A DNA stretch of 63,393 nt, counting the filler, from Syncephalis fuscata S228 (Eukaryota; Fungi; Zoopagomycota): assembly GCA_025786725.1 (NCBI GenBank). It is 5 parts of 5 records of this genome, joined end to end, with 100 filler letters (N's around TTAATTAATTAA, not from the genome) between each part and the next. Parts side by side here need not be neighbours in the genome. Positions count along the whole stretch, not along the records: positions 31,590 to 56,109 come from JAHLTZ010000129.1; 4 more parts are not named here. One strand, 5' to 3'. Positions 38,328 to 51,555 of this stretch are shown here, piece after piece (positions within the stretch are counted from its first letter, which is position 1; each line of letters starts with the position of its first letter). The position numbers were made by a program, and so were the translations under genes. The notes beneath the pieces were generated by a model that searched no databases, was not told the DNA's origin, and worked only from the letters and a program-made list of their open reading frames with translations.

Positions 38328-38496
38328 CCACCCAGCCACTGACCCTGGTGCCTGTTGTTTGGAACGTTCTGAAACTTTTCTCCTTTATTTCTACCTTTCT
38401 TTCCTCTTTGGCCCTAGTAGCCTAATATCCATTTAAGTGCAATTAGTAACATCACCTACATTTCGAGAATAAAAGTTTTGTCAACAGGCAATAATG

Positions 38497-40680
38497 TAAA
38501 AGATATTTTTGCCATTTTTAACAATAAAATATAAACCAAAAGTTAACTAAAAGTTAAGTAATAATTAACTGGAAATGTAAGGGTATCCTTTGCCATTTTT
38601 GATAATAAATATAGACTTAAAGTTAACTAAAGTTAAGTAATTGGTTAGTTAATTAACTAATGATAATGATAACCGTTTAACAACTTGGTTAACTAACTAA
38701 TTATTAACTAATTACTTAACTTTTAGTTAACTTTTAGTCTATATTTTATTAACAAAATGGCAAGGATACCCTTATATTTTTAGTTAAATGTTACTTAACT
38801 TTTTACTTAACTTTAGTTAACTTTTAGTTAACTTTTTTGGTCGTATATTTGGTCGATTTTTGTTGGATTTTTGTCGGATTTTTTTGGGAAAAACGGCCCA
38901 ACTCCCCGTATTTTTAATTCCACGGATACTTGTCCTAAAAATACACGGTGCCACTTGTTCGAACCGCAAGAAGCAGGCGCGTCGATCCTGATATGCTAAA
39001 AATTCGCCAAAAATCGTGGGAATGCGTGAAAAATACGCGGAGCTGGACCTCCATACAAAAAACGGCACTTTTTGCATGTTTTGATTTTTAATTCATTGGA
39101 TAAATTTTTGGCGATTTTTTCAAATATCAGGATCGACGCATCATATTATTGCGGTCCGAACGAGTGGTCCTGTGTATTTTTAGAGCAATTATCCGTAGAA
39201 TTAAAAATACGCGAAGTTCTAGCTTGCTGGTTATAGGGGATATCCTTAGGATTTCGTGAAATATGCCCCTATAAACTAGTCATCAAACTTCACGTATTTT
39301 TAACTCTACGGATAATTGCTCTAAAAATACACAAGACCACTCGTTCTGACCGCAATGATATAGTGCGTCGATCTATATATTCGAAAAAATCACCAAAAAT
39401 TTATCCAATAAATTAAAAATCAAAACATGCAAAAAGTGCCGTTTTTTGTATGGAGGTCCAACTCCGCGTATTTTTCATGCATTCCCACGATTTTTGGCAA
39501 ATTTTTAGCATATCAGAATCGACGCGCCTGCTTCTTGCGGTCCGAACAAGTGGCACCGTGTATTTTTAGGACAAGTATCCGTGGAATTAAAAATACGGGG
39601 AGTTGGGCTGTTTTTCCCATAAAATCCGACAAAAATCCAACAAAAATCGACCAAATATACGACTAAAAGAAGGTAATTAAAAGTTAACTAAAGTTAAGTA
39701 AAAAGTTAAGTAATATTTGACTAGAAACGTAAGGGTATCCTTGCCATTTTGTTAATAAAATATAGACTAAAAGTTAATTAAAAGTTAAGTAATTGGTTAG
39801 TTAATTAATGTAATAACGTAACTTAGTTAATTGTTATGTTAGTTAATTAACTAATGGTAATGTAACCGTTTAACACTTAGTTAACTTGTTAATGATTAGT
39901 TATTAACTAATGGTAATGGTAACGTTAACTTAACTTTTAATTATTGACTTTAGTTAACTTTAGTTATATTTATTAACAAAATGGCAAGGATACCCTTACA
40001 TTTCTAGTCAATTATTACTTAACTTTTTACTTAACTTTAGTTAACTTTTAATTAACTTTTTTAGCCGTATATTTGGTCGATTTTTGTTGGATTTTTGTCG
40101 GATTTTTTGGGAAAAACGACCCAACTCCCCGTATTTTTAATTCCACGGATACTTGACCTAAAAATACACGGTGCCACTTGTTCGGACCGCAAGAAGCAGG
40201 CGCGTCGATTCTGATATGCTAAAAAATTGCCAAAAATCGTGGGAATGCGTGAAAAATACGCGGAGTTGGACCTCCATACAAAAAACGGCACTTTTTGCAT
40301 GTTTTGATTTTTAATTCGTTGGATAAATTTTTGGCGATTTTTTTGAATATTAGATCGATGCATCATGTCATTGCAGTTTAAACAAGTGGTTTGTGTATTT
40401 TTAGAGCAAGTATTTGTGGAATTAAAAATACGGGGAGTTGGGCCGTTTTTAAAAAAACAAAATCCAACAAAAATTGACCAAATATATGGCTTATAAAAGT
40501 TAACTAAAAGTTAAGTAATATTTAACTAGAAATGTAAGGGTATTCCTTGCTATTTTGACAATAAATATAGACTAAAAATTAATTAAGAAGCTAATTAAAA
40601 AGTTAATAATTAGTTAATGTAAAAAATCCCCTTGCCATTTTAATAATAAAATATAGACTAAGAAGCTAAGTAAAAATGTA
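38497..40680. repeat. Palindromic satellite, right array, decaying towards 40.7 kb
   Basis: Same unit as the left array, with axes near 38675, 39250 and 39860. Loop orientations mirror those of the adjacent left array. Confidence 0.93.
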
Positions 40681-42302
40681 TCAATTAGTTAATAACAATA
40701 ATACAGCTAATAGTAACTAATAATTAATTAATAAAGCGTTTTTAGTTCTATCTGAAAAGTCAGCTGCTAAAAATCTGCTCTGTAGATTGGACAAATAAAA
40801 TAAGTTAATTAGTTAATAATAATTGCTGTTTATAGTTGATTAATTAACTAATAATGTTATGTTTAATAGTTAGTTTATTGGTTATTTATTAATGAGTAAT
40901 ACGGCTCATTTGTTTATATTGATTAAATAATGTCGCAATATTATGGTTAGTGTATCAGTGCCATTAGTGGTATATGATTGTGTATTGCAGCATTGATGCT
41001 AGACAATGCACAAATCATTAGCAGTATATATGCTGGACACATCCAATGATGATGGCGCTGCTAGCTATTGCATGGTCATAGCAATTGTATTAATTGTTAA
41101 CATTGTGTGGGCACTTGCATATTCATCAGTAATTGTAGATTAGTGTATACTATACCTAAAGTTTAGGATATATAAACTACACAATTGTATAGTACTAACT
41201 GCTATGGCTGGACCAGAGTAGAACAATAAAAGCAAATGAATGTTTGGCAAAATAATGGTTTCTATTTAATGTGATAATTGTTTTTGTATTTATAGCAATG
41301 TTGGATATAGAGAAAAGGAGAAAAGAAACCAATTAGTAAGTATTTGTAAAGCTGTGATAGACTTTTGTAAAGTGTTTATTGATATCATAAATATGATAAT
41401 TGCTGTATATATAACACAGCTAATCACACTTAACAATGGACTGACTTATTGCCTGGCATTAGCAAAATACCATATTAATGATGTACCATTTATTTGCTAA
41501 TTAACATGACACTAATATTGGATTTTTGGTAACAGTATACACCAGTATATACTAGCTATTGATGCATCGATTGTTATACAATCAATAAACATATGCATTA
41601 TTGTAAGCAATTAATGTATAAGTCAGTGTCTGCTGTTAGATAGTTGTTATCAACAGTATCGGCAACTGAAGACAAAGTTGGTTCATTAGACATAGTGCAG
41701 ATGTGTACTAACTATGTTTATACAATTTGCATGTCTTGCCAGCTGTAGTCAACAGTGGTACATGCATGCACATCAATAACTATCTAACATACTACATTGC
41801 TAACCACATTGGCTTAGTAATCACTACTAGCGTTGTTGTCAATATTACAATATAAACGCCATATCAGACAGCTGATATTTATATACATACGCATCTAGTG
41901 ATACATAGCAACAACAACACTAGCATTCATCAGTAATAAATACGAGTATAAAACTGCTGCCTAGTATGCTTACAGTATTATCGGTAACAGCCAGCCTACA
42001 TTACTAGTGGCTAATGCTAATACGCTAATAAGTTGTACATACTGGCTGCTGTATTAGCAAACAATATAGTCAAGCAATATGCAATTGTTGCGATATATGT
42101 TAATGCACATGTAGCACCATCAATTGATACTATTTCTATAACTATTCATTGCAATCAAATACATGCTAATAGTTATGTATATCAATAGTGTCAATATTGT
42201 AATGTCTAATCATATGCTACTAATCAATGTTAATAGACCAGCCATGGCATTAACAAAACTAGCTAGGCAACATGAAAAATTAATAAGTGCTAACAAAAAT
42301 CT

Positions 42303-42851
42303 AATTGACTGTTTATTAGATAACTGACTAATTAATGCAGTTTTTGATTAGTATTTGTGTGTTTTTATTACCAAAATGACAAAAAAGATTATTGCTGCTT
42401 TTTTGATTGATTAAGCAATTTTCGCTAATTTTTAATTCCATCAATAATATAGCTATAAATACACAATAACATTTATTACAATTGCATAATCTTGGGGCGC
42501 TGATACATATAAATTATGTATTTTTGAAAAATCACGGAAAGATGTTACAAGCAGAAGCAACAATATTGTCCCAAAAAATGATATTTTCAAGCACTTTTTA
42601 GCTGTTAGTACTTTTGCATAATTTTTTAAAATACATCATTTATATGTATCGATGCCCTAAAACTATGCGGCCATAATAAATGGCATTACACACTTTTAGC
42701 TAAATTAATGATGGAATTAAAAATTGGTGAAAATTGCTTGATCAATCAAAAAGGCTGTAACAGTCCCCTTTGCCATTTTGACAATATAAGCCTACACAAA
42801 TACTAACCAAAAAGTATGTTAATTAATCAGCTATTTAATGCATAGTCAATT
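42303..42851. mobile_element. Degenerate fold-back/MITE-like element with ~240-bp inverted arms, distantly related to the satellite unit
   Basis: TTTTTGATTGATTAAGCAATTTTCGCTAATTTTTAATTCCATCA (~42400) is the near reverse complement of TGATGGAATTAAAAATTGGTGAAAATTGCTTGATCAATCAAAAA (~42709). TTAGTATTTGTGT pairs with ACACAAATACTAA. Confidence 0.75.
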
Positions 42852-45828
42852 GTTAATTGTTAACGTTAATTTATATAGTAATGACTGGCCATTAGAAACT
42901 GTTGTCGTTTTTGCTAGCCATAATAACTAATTAGCAGTACCGTTAATATATTATTAATTAAAAAAGATCAGTAATTAATGTTACATGTAGTTGCAATGTA
43001 TATGCAATACTAAAATATCACATTGCTAAATCATCAAGCAATGCCCTAGTCTGGCGTTGTCCTATAGTTTTAGTTTTTGATACTTGCTGATAATTAACAC
43101 TTATATTACTGCTTCTTAATTGTTTACTATCAAATAGGCTATTAAGCTATTTTATAATAAGTGAAATAATTATATACTGTTATATGATAAGGCCTGATGA
43201 ATGCACGTTTTGTCTTATTTATAGGTTATACAATCTTGATAGGCTTACGTCTTGTTGTACATGTAACAAATTTGCTATTTCACAATAAAATTTACAACTT
43301 TGGCATGCCTAGCGGCAATCTAATTACTAACGCTAAGTACGGTATCTAATGACTATAATATAGCTTAATGGACACTTCTTTATTTTTGTTATTCTATTTA
43401 ATAGTATTAAGTATGGTGCAGGACAAAATATTATAAGTAAACACAAACTGTAAATAATAAAAGTAATTGTTATCGCGTTTTAGCTAGGTTTTATTTTCAT
43501 TTGTTACGTAGCAAGTGTCTACATCTTTGTGATTTACAAATATCTATTTATAATTAGTAACCAATAACAATGACACTTACTGTTCAATGTCGACCGTGTC
43601 GCTTTATCCTTTATTCGTTCTTTTCTGTTTTTCGGCACTTTTGTTTGTCGCAGCCTTATTATTAACTAGTATATATGCCTAGTTCATCCACTACATGGCT
43701 TTATTGCTAAAGATAAATATTGTTATGCTTAACAACATTAACGTACAAGCATGTAATGTTCAGTAAACACAACTATCTTCGATCTTGTAGCTCATATTTA
43801 ATAGTAATACATGCAGTCGAAATAAGCAATAACATAACATCTACACACCATTTCCAACTGTAATATATAGTATATATTATTTATGAATAAGCAACAATTT
43901 ATTCAGCCATTGCGCTACTTAAATGCCGGTTTTATTATTATAGAGACATTATGCCGTCTAATTCATTCAAAAGTAATGCAGATGATAAACGTTCTATTTA
44001 GTTATTAAAAACTGAAAACCATTATTGTGCTAATGTTATTGTACTGCTATGCTGGCCATAATACTTTTCATAGTATTTTTGTAGATGTAGCTGATTGCCG
44101 TAGTGGCATATACATTTGTGAAAAGTTATGTTTATTATTTTATTTGGTTAATACTTGCTAACCATTGGATAAAATAAAGCATGAGCATGGCTGAAACAAC
44201 TTAATAAAATATAATTAAACGAGCTATATATTTGCTGCAAGCTTTTGCAGTTTAATAGATATAGCTGAGCTATGACTTCTTCCTGGAATAATAAAGTTAT
44301 TGACTAAAGAGGCGAATAATGCAAATCATTGATTAGGATTTGATGTTTGTATAAGCTAAATAGTAGCTGTCAAACATAGATAAGCCACTTTACATGGCTA
44401 CCTATACAGCAAAGAATATATTATACTAACAATATGCAGCACGTTAATTTGTTTGCATAGTATATTGATATGCTGTAATTCTTATACACGCAATCACAAT
44501 ACCAACAGTGGCCAATAAACTTTAATATAGCCTATAGTCACTCATACATTTATAATCACTATCAAATGTATCTTCTATATAATTATATTAAAAATTAGCT
44601 GGTCACAATATCTGACATTTTTGTACCGTCTAAATACATGGCACATCATTAATTATAAGTCGGCTACAAAATTTATGCTTAGTATTGCTTGCATAAAATA
44701 ATTATCTAATGCACACCGTTACATTTACAATATTACCGTAGAGTTTTATTTTAAATATAGTAAGTTTTACTGTAAGTTATCTACTATGGCAATAAAGTAT
44801 AGTATTTTACGACTAAATCGTACACAGTCGATAGCTTATCCAGTACTGTTTAAAATCAACGGTGGTTATGTATATATAACAGCTATAGTAGCATTATTAT
44901 TACTGTTTTTTAATATCAAGCACCTACACTATTGCAATCTGATAGCTTACCATTTCAGTATTACTACAATCGATACTATTACTGGTTAATTGTTGAGTTT
45001 TACTTTGAATATTACATTTGGAGTCTCCAAAGCAAACTTTGTTTTAATTGGAGTTATGCTATTGCTATACGCAACATAGTTATATTGCTTCCTATTAAAA
45101 TATTGCTAATAAATTGATTTAAATGATGTAACATACTATTTGATTTCTTTGAAACATTTGAGGCTGATCATTGTTGTTGTTGACCGTGTGTAGAAAGCTT
45201 GATCGCGTATTAATAGAAGCCATATGATTGTGATTCCATATCATTTTTCATGTGTTGTTATTGTATCCATGTACAGCATGGTTTCTTGCATTTGAATGGT
45301 TTGTTCTATTTTCTATTCTTCTACTATTACATTTGGGCATATTTGTGATGCAAGATCAATACTAATATAATTGTTATAAAAGTCGTTTATTAAACAGCCA
45401 CCTTTCCTATAGCCAATCTGACTAAATAAATGACATTTTGAACAATTAATATCATAATGACAATATATATATATATTAAAGCAATAATAAAATAACTAAT
45501 TAATTACATTATTGTACTGATAATTACACATGGATCAATTAATGTTGGATGTAATATTATATATGTTATAGTAATAAATAAGTGTTTAATTGTGTTTAAA
45601 AGTATTAAGAAAAGATGGTGAAATGAGTCAATAAAAGATATGAAAGTGCAATAGTTCTGATTAGTTAAACAAAGGCTTCTGTGTGTAAATCATAATGAAT
45701 TAAATGACAGTTTTCAACTTGGCAGTTTATCACCACTAACGTAAAGTGGGTCGTCATCATTTTAGATCTACGCTTTTCTCTATTTTCTATTTTCGTTGAC
45801 GCGACACACTGACCACGATTTATCCATC

Positions 45829-46961
45829 ATGTCGAATGCGGCAGCTCAAACCGTTAACACGCTTATTAAGTATGCTCTTCCTATAACGCTGGGCTTTGCT
45901 TTTGTCCAGTCCTCCTTGTTTGATGGTAAGTGTCGGTGCGATTGAGAATGCAGCTCTACTGCTGCGTTTAAGCACATGAAACTCAGACTAGCCAATTCAC
46001 TGACATGCACACTCTGGTCTATTGTTATTTGCCACGATAGTACGGGGCGGATATAGAGCAGTAATCTTTGATCGTTTGAAGGGTGTCAAGCAACAATCAG
46101 TAGGAGAGGGCACGCATATTCTTATGCCATGGCTACAACGCGCGGTGTTATTTGATGTGCGCACTAAGCCACGTAGCATTTCAACGACCACGTCGTCCAA
46201 AGATATCCAGCAAGTGTCGCTAACACTACGTGTGCTACACCGACCTGACCAAAGCAAGCTATCAGTAATCTATCAAAACCTTGGCCAGGACTACGATGAA
46301 CGTGTTTTGCCCAGTATTGTAAATGAAGTGCTTAAAAGTATTGTGGCTCAATTCGATGCCGGTGAATTGATCACACAGCGTGAACTGGTACGAATGAAGC
46401 GTATAAATACTAATAGCAATACAATATTAATATTATTTTGATAACCACCCAGGTATCATCGCGTATTCGTGAGGATCTAGTACGTCGTTCTAGGGAGTTC
46501 CACATTGAATTGGAAGATGTCTCCATTGTAGGCTGCAGTTTTAGTTGAGCAGTGACTAAGTACTAATTCTATTGACCATGATAGACGCACATGACATTTG
46601 GCCGTGAATTTACCAGTGCTGTAGAGTCCAAGCAAATCGGTTGGTTAAAATAATTGTTTCTAGCCACATTAATACTAATATGTCATGACTATCAGCGCAA
46701 CAAGAGGCAGAGCGCGCCAAATTTGTTGTCGAGCGTGCTGAACAGGAGAAACTAGCCTCTATTATCCGCGCGGAAGGTGAAGCACATGCTGCCGAACAAA
46801 TTTCGGCTGCGTTGGCAAAGGCCGGTCCAGGTCTTATTGAGTTCCGACGCATCGAAGCATCCAAGGAGATTGCACAAGTGTTGGCAGCATCTCGTAATGT
46901 CACTTATCTGCCATCCGGTGCTAATAATGGCGCCAATATGCTATTCAACTTGGGAGTGTAA
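45829..46961 (+). CDS. PHB1: Prohibitin 1, multi-exon
   Basis: [96 protein letters not shown]. Confidence 0.95.
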
Positions 46962-47464
46962 ATCCTTTCAAAAGCTGCTATATAAATGAATGCATTTCAA
47001 ATAATTAATATGCATCGCTAAATCTTATTGATATACATAGCACTAATGTTTTAAAATTACATTGATACTAAATGAAAAACAAAGCATTGATTTAACCTGA
47101 TGTATATTGATGTACTATTTAATATGGATTACAAGTAAACACACTATTTAATAGATTTCAAATCTATTGAATGACGAAAGCTTTATTAACACGTGACCAA
47201 TGATTATTCGTTCGCAACTATCCCCATTGTTTTTGCTGCCACTTTACCGACTATTACTGTTATCACGCACTTCATTGCTTCGTTATCGCTACTTCTACTT
47301 TTTCTTCTTCTTCTACGCAGGCATCTACTTGACTGAATATCGAGCCGCCTTCTATATTGCTTGCATCGTCCTAACTAGTATTGGTTTAGCGCCTGTATCT
47401 ATTTGACCTTTATTGGTTATCTTTTGTACGCATACCACATTCTACTACATAGCATCAGTTCAAT

Positions 47465-50400
47465 ATGCTAGTTTCCAGATTATTCGGCGCTAGTCCCTTT
47501 GACGATCTTGTCGGTAAGTATTGGTTTGACAGCGTGCATTCTGTCTATTATGATGACCGCTTATAGCCAGTACTATTTGCTATGGCGAGTCTATCGGTTG
47601 TTGAATGCTCTATAGTAGCGCAGTATACCCCTTATATATACATACATACAAACATACATACATGCATATATATATATATATATATATGACTGTTGATTAT
47701 CAACTAATCACTTACAATTGCCACTATATGCATATCTATCTATTTCTATATAGACCGTGCTACTTCCGAGTATTTGCCAGCAGGTCAGGAGGATCTGATT
47801 TTAAGTCTAGATGTATGCGATTACATTCGAGGCAAGCAAGTCGAGCCACGAACGGCTATCCGCGCACTTAAGCGGCGTATTAGTCATCGCAATCCCAATG
47901 TTCAAATGCTAGGCTTAAAGGTAGCTAGGGAATATTACAGTCCAACTGGTTGCTAACTATGCTTAATATTTAATAATAACCATACTATAACGGATTACAG
48001 CTTACCGACACTTGTGTCAAGAATGGTGGACATCACTTTCTGGTCGAAGTGGCATCCAGAGATTTTATGGATTATCTTACCGAGTTGTTAAATCAGCCTG
48101 TAAGTTGACTGACATAATAGCCATTTTACGTAAATATATATCTGACCCGTTTAACACGATTACTTCAGTCCACCACAACCGAAGTACGTAATAAGATTCT
48201 TGCTTTGATTCAGAATTGGTCACATACTTTTCAGTCACGATCAGATTTGACATATGTCTGTGATGTTCATCGTGCACTTGTATCATCAGGTATTATCTTT
48301 TAATAAGAATTACGAATTTAATTAACTAGTTACTTATTTTATTCCATCTAGGACATATCTTTCCTAAACTAGAAAAGACGAATGCATCCATGATTGATAC
48401 TATGACAGTAAGTAATAGTAGTATATATACATATACATATATATATTGACTGTATCTAACCAACTGTATTAGCCTCCTGACTGGACAGATAGTGATGTAT
48501 GTGAACGATGCCGAACACAATTTACGTTTACCAACAGAAAGGTAAGTTAATAGCCGTACAATGTAATATACAATATCATACAAATACTTACCAATTAAAC
48601 CAATATATGTTCATATAGCATCACTGTAGAAATTGTGGTAAAACGTTCTGTCAGCCATGTTCATCGTATGAACTAGCACTTCCTCATATTGGTATTCACC
48701 AAGAAGTGCGAACATGCCATGGCTGTTATCATTCTATTAAAGGCATTAGATCCACTTCAGGCAATACCTCAAATACTGGCCATTTATTACTTGGATCTCA
48801 ATCTGCCTCTGGACCTTCTGGCACGACTGGAGAAGGCCACGACAGTGATGATGAGGATATGAAACGGGCCATTGAACTATCTCTTAAAGAATCACAAGCC
48901 CACCGACCTGTCGCACCACCACCTCGACAACAACAGCAACAACAACAACAACAACAACAAGTACATACCAAAGTAAGTATATTCATTGTAATATCTAATA
49001 GTACAGAGTAATAACCAAAAGTAGAAGAGTGACGAGGAAGAAGAGGATCCAGATCTAGCCGCGGCCATTGCTGCATCATTACAAGAAACACATATATCAC
49101 AAAGTAATGATACTCGTATCCGTACGTCTTCCCGACCACCAAGTCGATCCACCTCTACTCCTCAGGTAATAGATAGAGCATTACAATAATATAGCCTAGT
49201 CCATTAACATATTAGTGTATGATATAGTCAACACAGAAACGTGATCCCAATGATCTAACTGCTATAGATGCCGAGAATATTGTATTATTCTCAACACTTG
49301 TAGAACGACTCCAGGCAACTAATGGGTCAGTTATGGGAGATAGTCAAGTACAGGTATGTGGATATTAATATAGATTACAATAAATTAATAATCATCACCA
49401 TTATCATGGCTATTAGGCATTAAATCACCAAATAGGATCATTAAGACCAAAATTGATTAAAGGACTTGAAGAAAGCGCCAGAAAACATCGTAAGTTATTT
49501 ATTAGCAAGCCAATAACCATTTATACAGTTTATTAATCATCAATTAATAATATATTAGGTGCCTATCTTGAATTACACGAAAAGCTGACTGCTTCCCAAA
49601 AACAATATGATACAATGTTAAAAGAACAACAAATGGCCGCTTATCACGCACAACAACAACAACAACAACAGTTACGATTACAACAACAACAACAACAACA
49701 TTTAATACAGAATGGATGGGCAGTACCACAACCAATGCCTAATCCACCTTATGCCAATATCATTTATACACAGGCCCTACCTATAAATGATACACCATAT
49801 CCACCTACTTATGCCAATACCAATGCCAATTATCCTAATGGACAACCACCACAGTCGATGCACATACCACAACAACCACATCCACAACCTCAATTATCAC
49901 CAGCTGTATCAGCATCTTATGTAGCCACACCCATGCCATCACAACCACCTATTGGTTATCCTCAATCAACGGCATCAACATCCATTGTTCATACCAATCC
50001 AATCTATTCAATGGCTTCTAATCAACCTACCTACACTACAGCCAATACGGTGACTGATCATCAAATGAATGGATTAAATACACCTACACCTACTACTAAT
50101 AACAATAGTGGAGGTGGATATACATCTAATCCTGTCTATGTTAATCATCAAGCCACTTTATCTACAACACCTACACATCAAACAACAGCAACAGCAACAA
50201 CAGCAACAACAACAACAACAACAACCGCTGTACCCAATGCACCACCACAACCACCGATTAATACAGTCAATACAACCACACCCACCAGTGGATATACGAC
50301 CAATGAACATAGTAGTAATAGTCATCCTACTGGCCAATCAACAGCATCATTTACCGATCCTACATCAACAGGTGGCTATACAACAGCCAAGTAAGTTTAT

Positions 50401-50848
50401 CTAATAAACACCAATTAATTAACTAATATATCATTTATCTAGTTCATTGCCTACACTTCAATCTACCTATACTATGCCATCTGCCACTACCAACACTACC
50501 ACCACACCTGTGCCACAATCCATTCACTCGACCAATAACCATAATCAACCACCACAACAGTATACTACTATGGAATCAAATAAAGATGCAAGTCCCCATA
50601 GTAATACACGTACACAACATCAACATACACCTTCTAATCCATTTCATCAACAAGGATGGAAGGTAAATAATGGTGGTACTATTGATCAAGTATTGGCCAA
50701 TGCACCTACTGCACCCAATCTACCACCACTACCATCTGTGCCTCAACCAGCACCTATTGGCACACCCAATACATACAACTATCCACCACCACCACCACAA
50801 GAACAACAACAACAACATACAATTAGCCCATCACTTATTGAACTATAA
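47465..50848 (+). CDS. VPS27: ESCRT-0 subunit Vps27/Hrs (VHS, FYVE, two UIMs, Q/P-rich tail)
   Basis: [36 protein letters not shown]; [37 protein letters not shown]; UIMs [14 protein letters not shown] and [16 protein letters not shown]; C-terminal clathrin box LIEL. Confidence 0.93.
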
Positions 50849-51555
50849 ATAACTAGTCATTAAGCTATATGGTTGCATTATAAGTGATGATTTGATATGC
50901 TGCTTATTTGTTTATCTCTCTCTCTCTCTATCTATCTATTTTACTCACTTTCTAGTATCAATATACAAGTATAAATAAATATATCTATTAGCCATTTCTA
51001 CTAGAGTAGAAACTGTGGCCATGATTTGTATATATATATATATGTAAACCCACACAATTTATAAAACTATAATAACATGAATAGATAATGAAAATGGTAA
51101 TTTTTATAAGTGCATTATAAATAAAACTATGCTTTGAAAATGAAGAGCAATGAAATGATATAGAAAGAAGAAGAAGAAGAAGAAAAGGACCATACTAAAA
51201 AGAAGCGTCATTGAATTCTTCTTATTAATATGACACACACATGTTTAATGTCATATCATTGATGAATAACCATTACTATATCATATAATAAAATAGAAAG
51301 GTGACGACAATGGATGCAATATTGTTGTTGTTGTTGTTGTTGTTAACACAAATGTAAATAATAAACGCATAATAATAATAGAAGACAATAAAAGTGTAGT
51401 AGTAGTAGTAGAAGTAAAGAAATGTCACCGCGTCTATACAACCACCATAACCATAACCAAGAAACAGTATAAGTAATTGGTATTGATAGATTATTGCAGA
51501 TAATACACACACACACATATATATATAACTATAACTATAACTATATATACAACTA

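Larger units (their letters stand above)
34072..38496 (+). mobile_element. Tyrosine-recombinase retrotransposon (DIRS order, PAT-like split direct-repeat organisation)
   Basis: Three overlapping ORFs (gag-like, RT-RH-MT, YR). Identical 129-bp direct repeats at 34072-34200 and 38199-38327. A short second repeat AGGCAATAATG at 38190-38200 and 38486-38496. No TSD seen. Confidence 0.93.

Noticed and set aside
33082-40366. Short ORFs in the palindromic arrays (for example MQKVPFFVWRS...)
   Set aside because: They recur only because the DNA repeats. Indels between copies change frame and there are no protein motifs.
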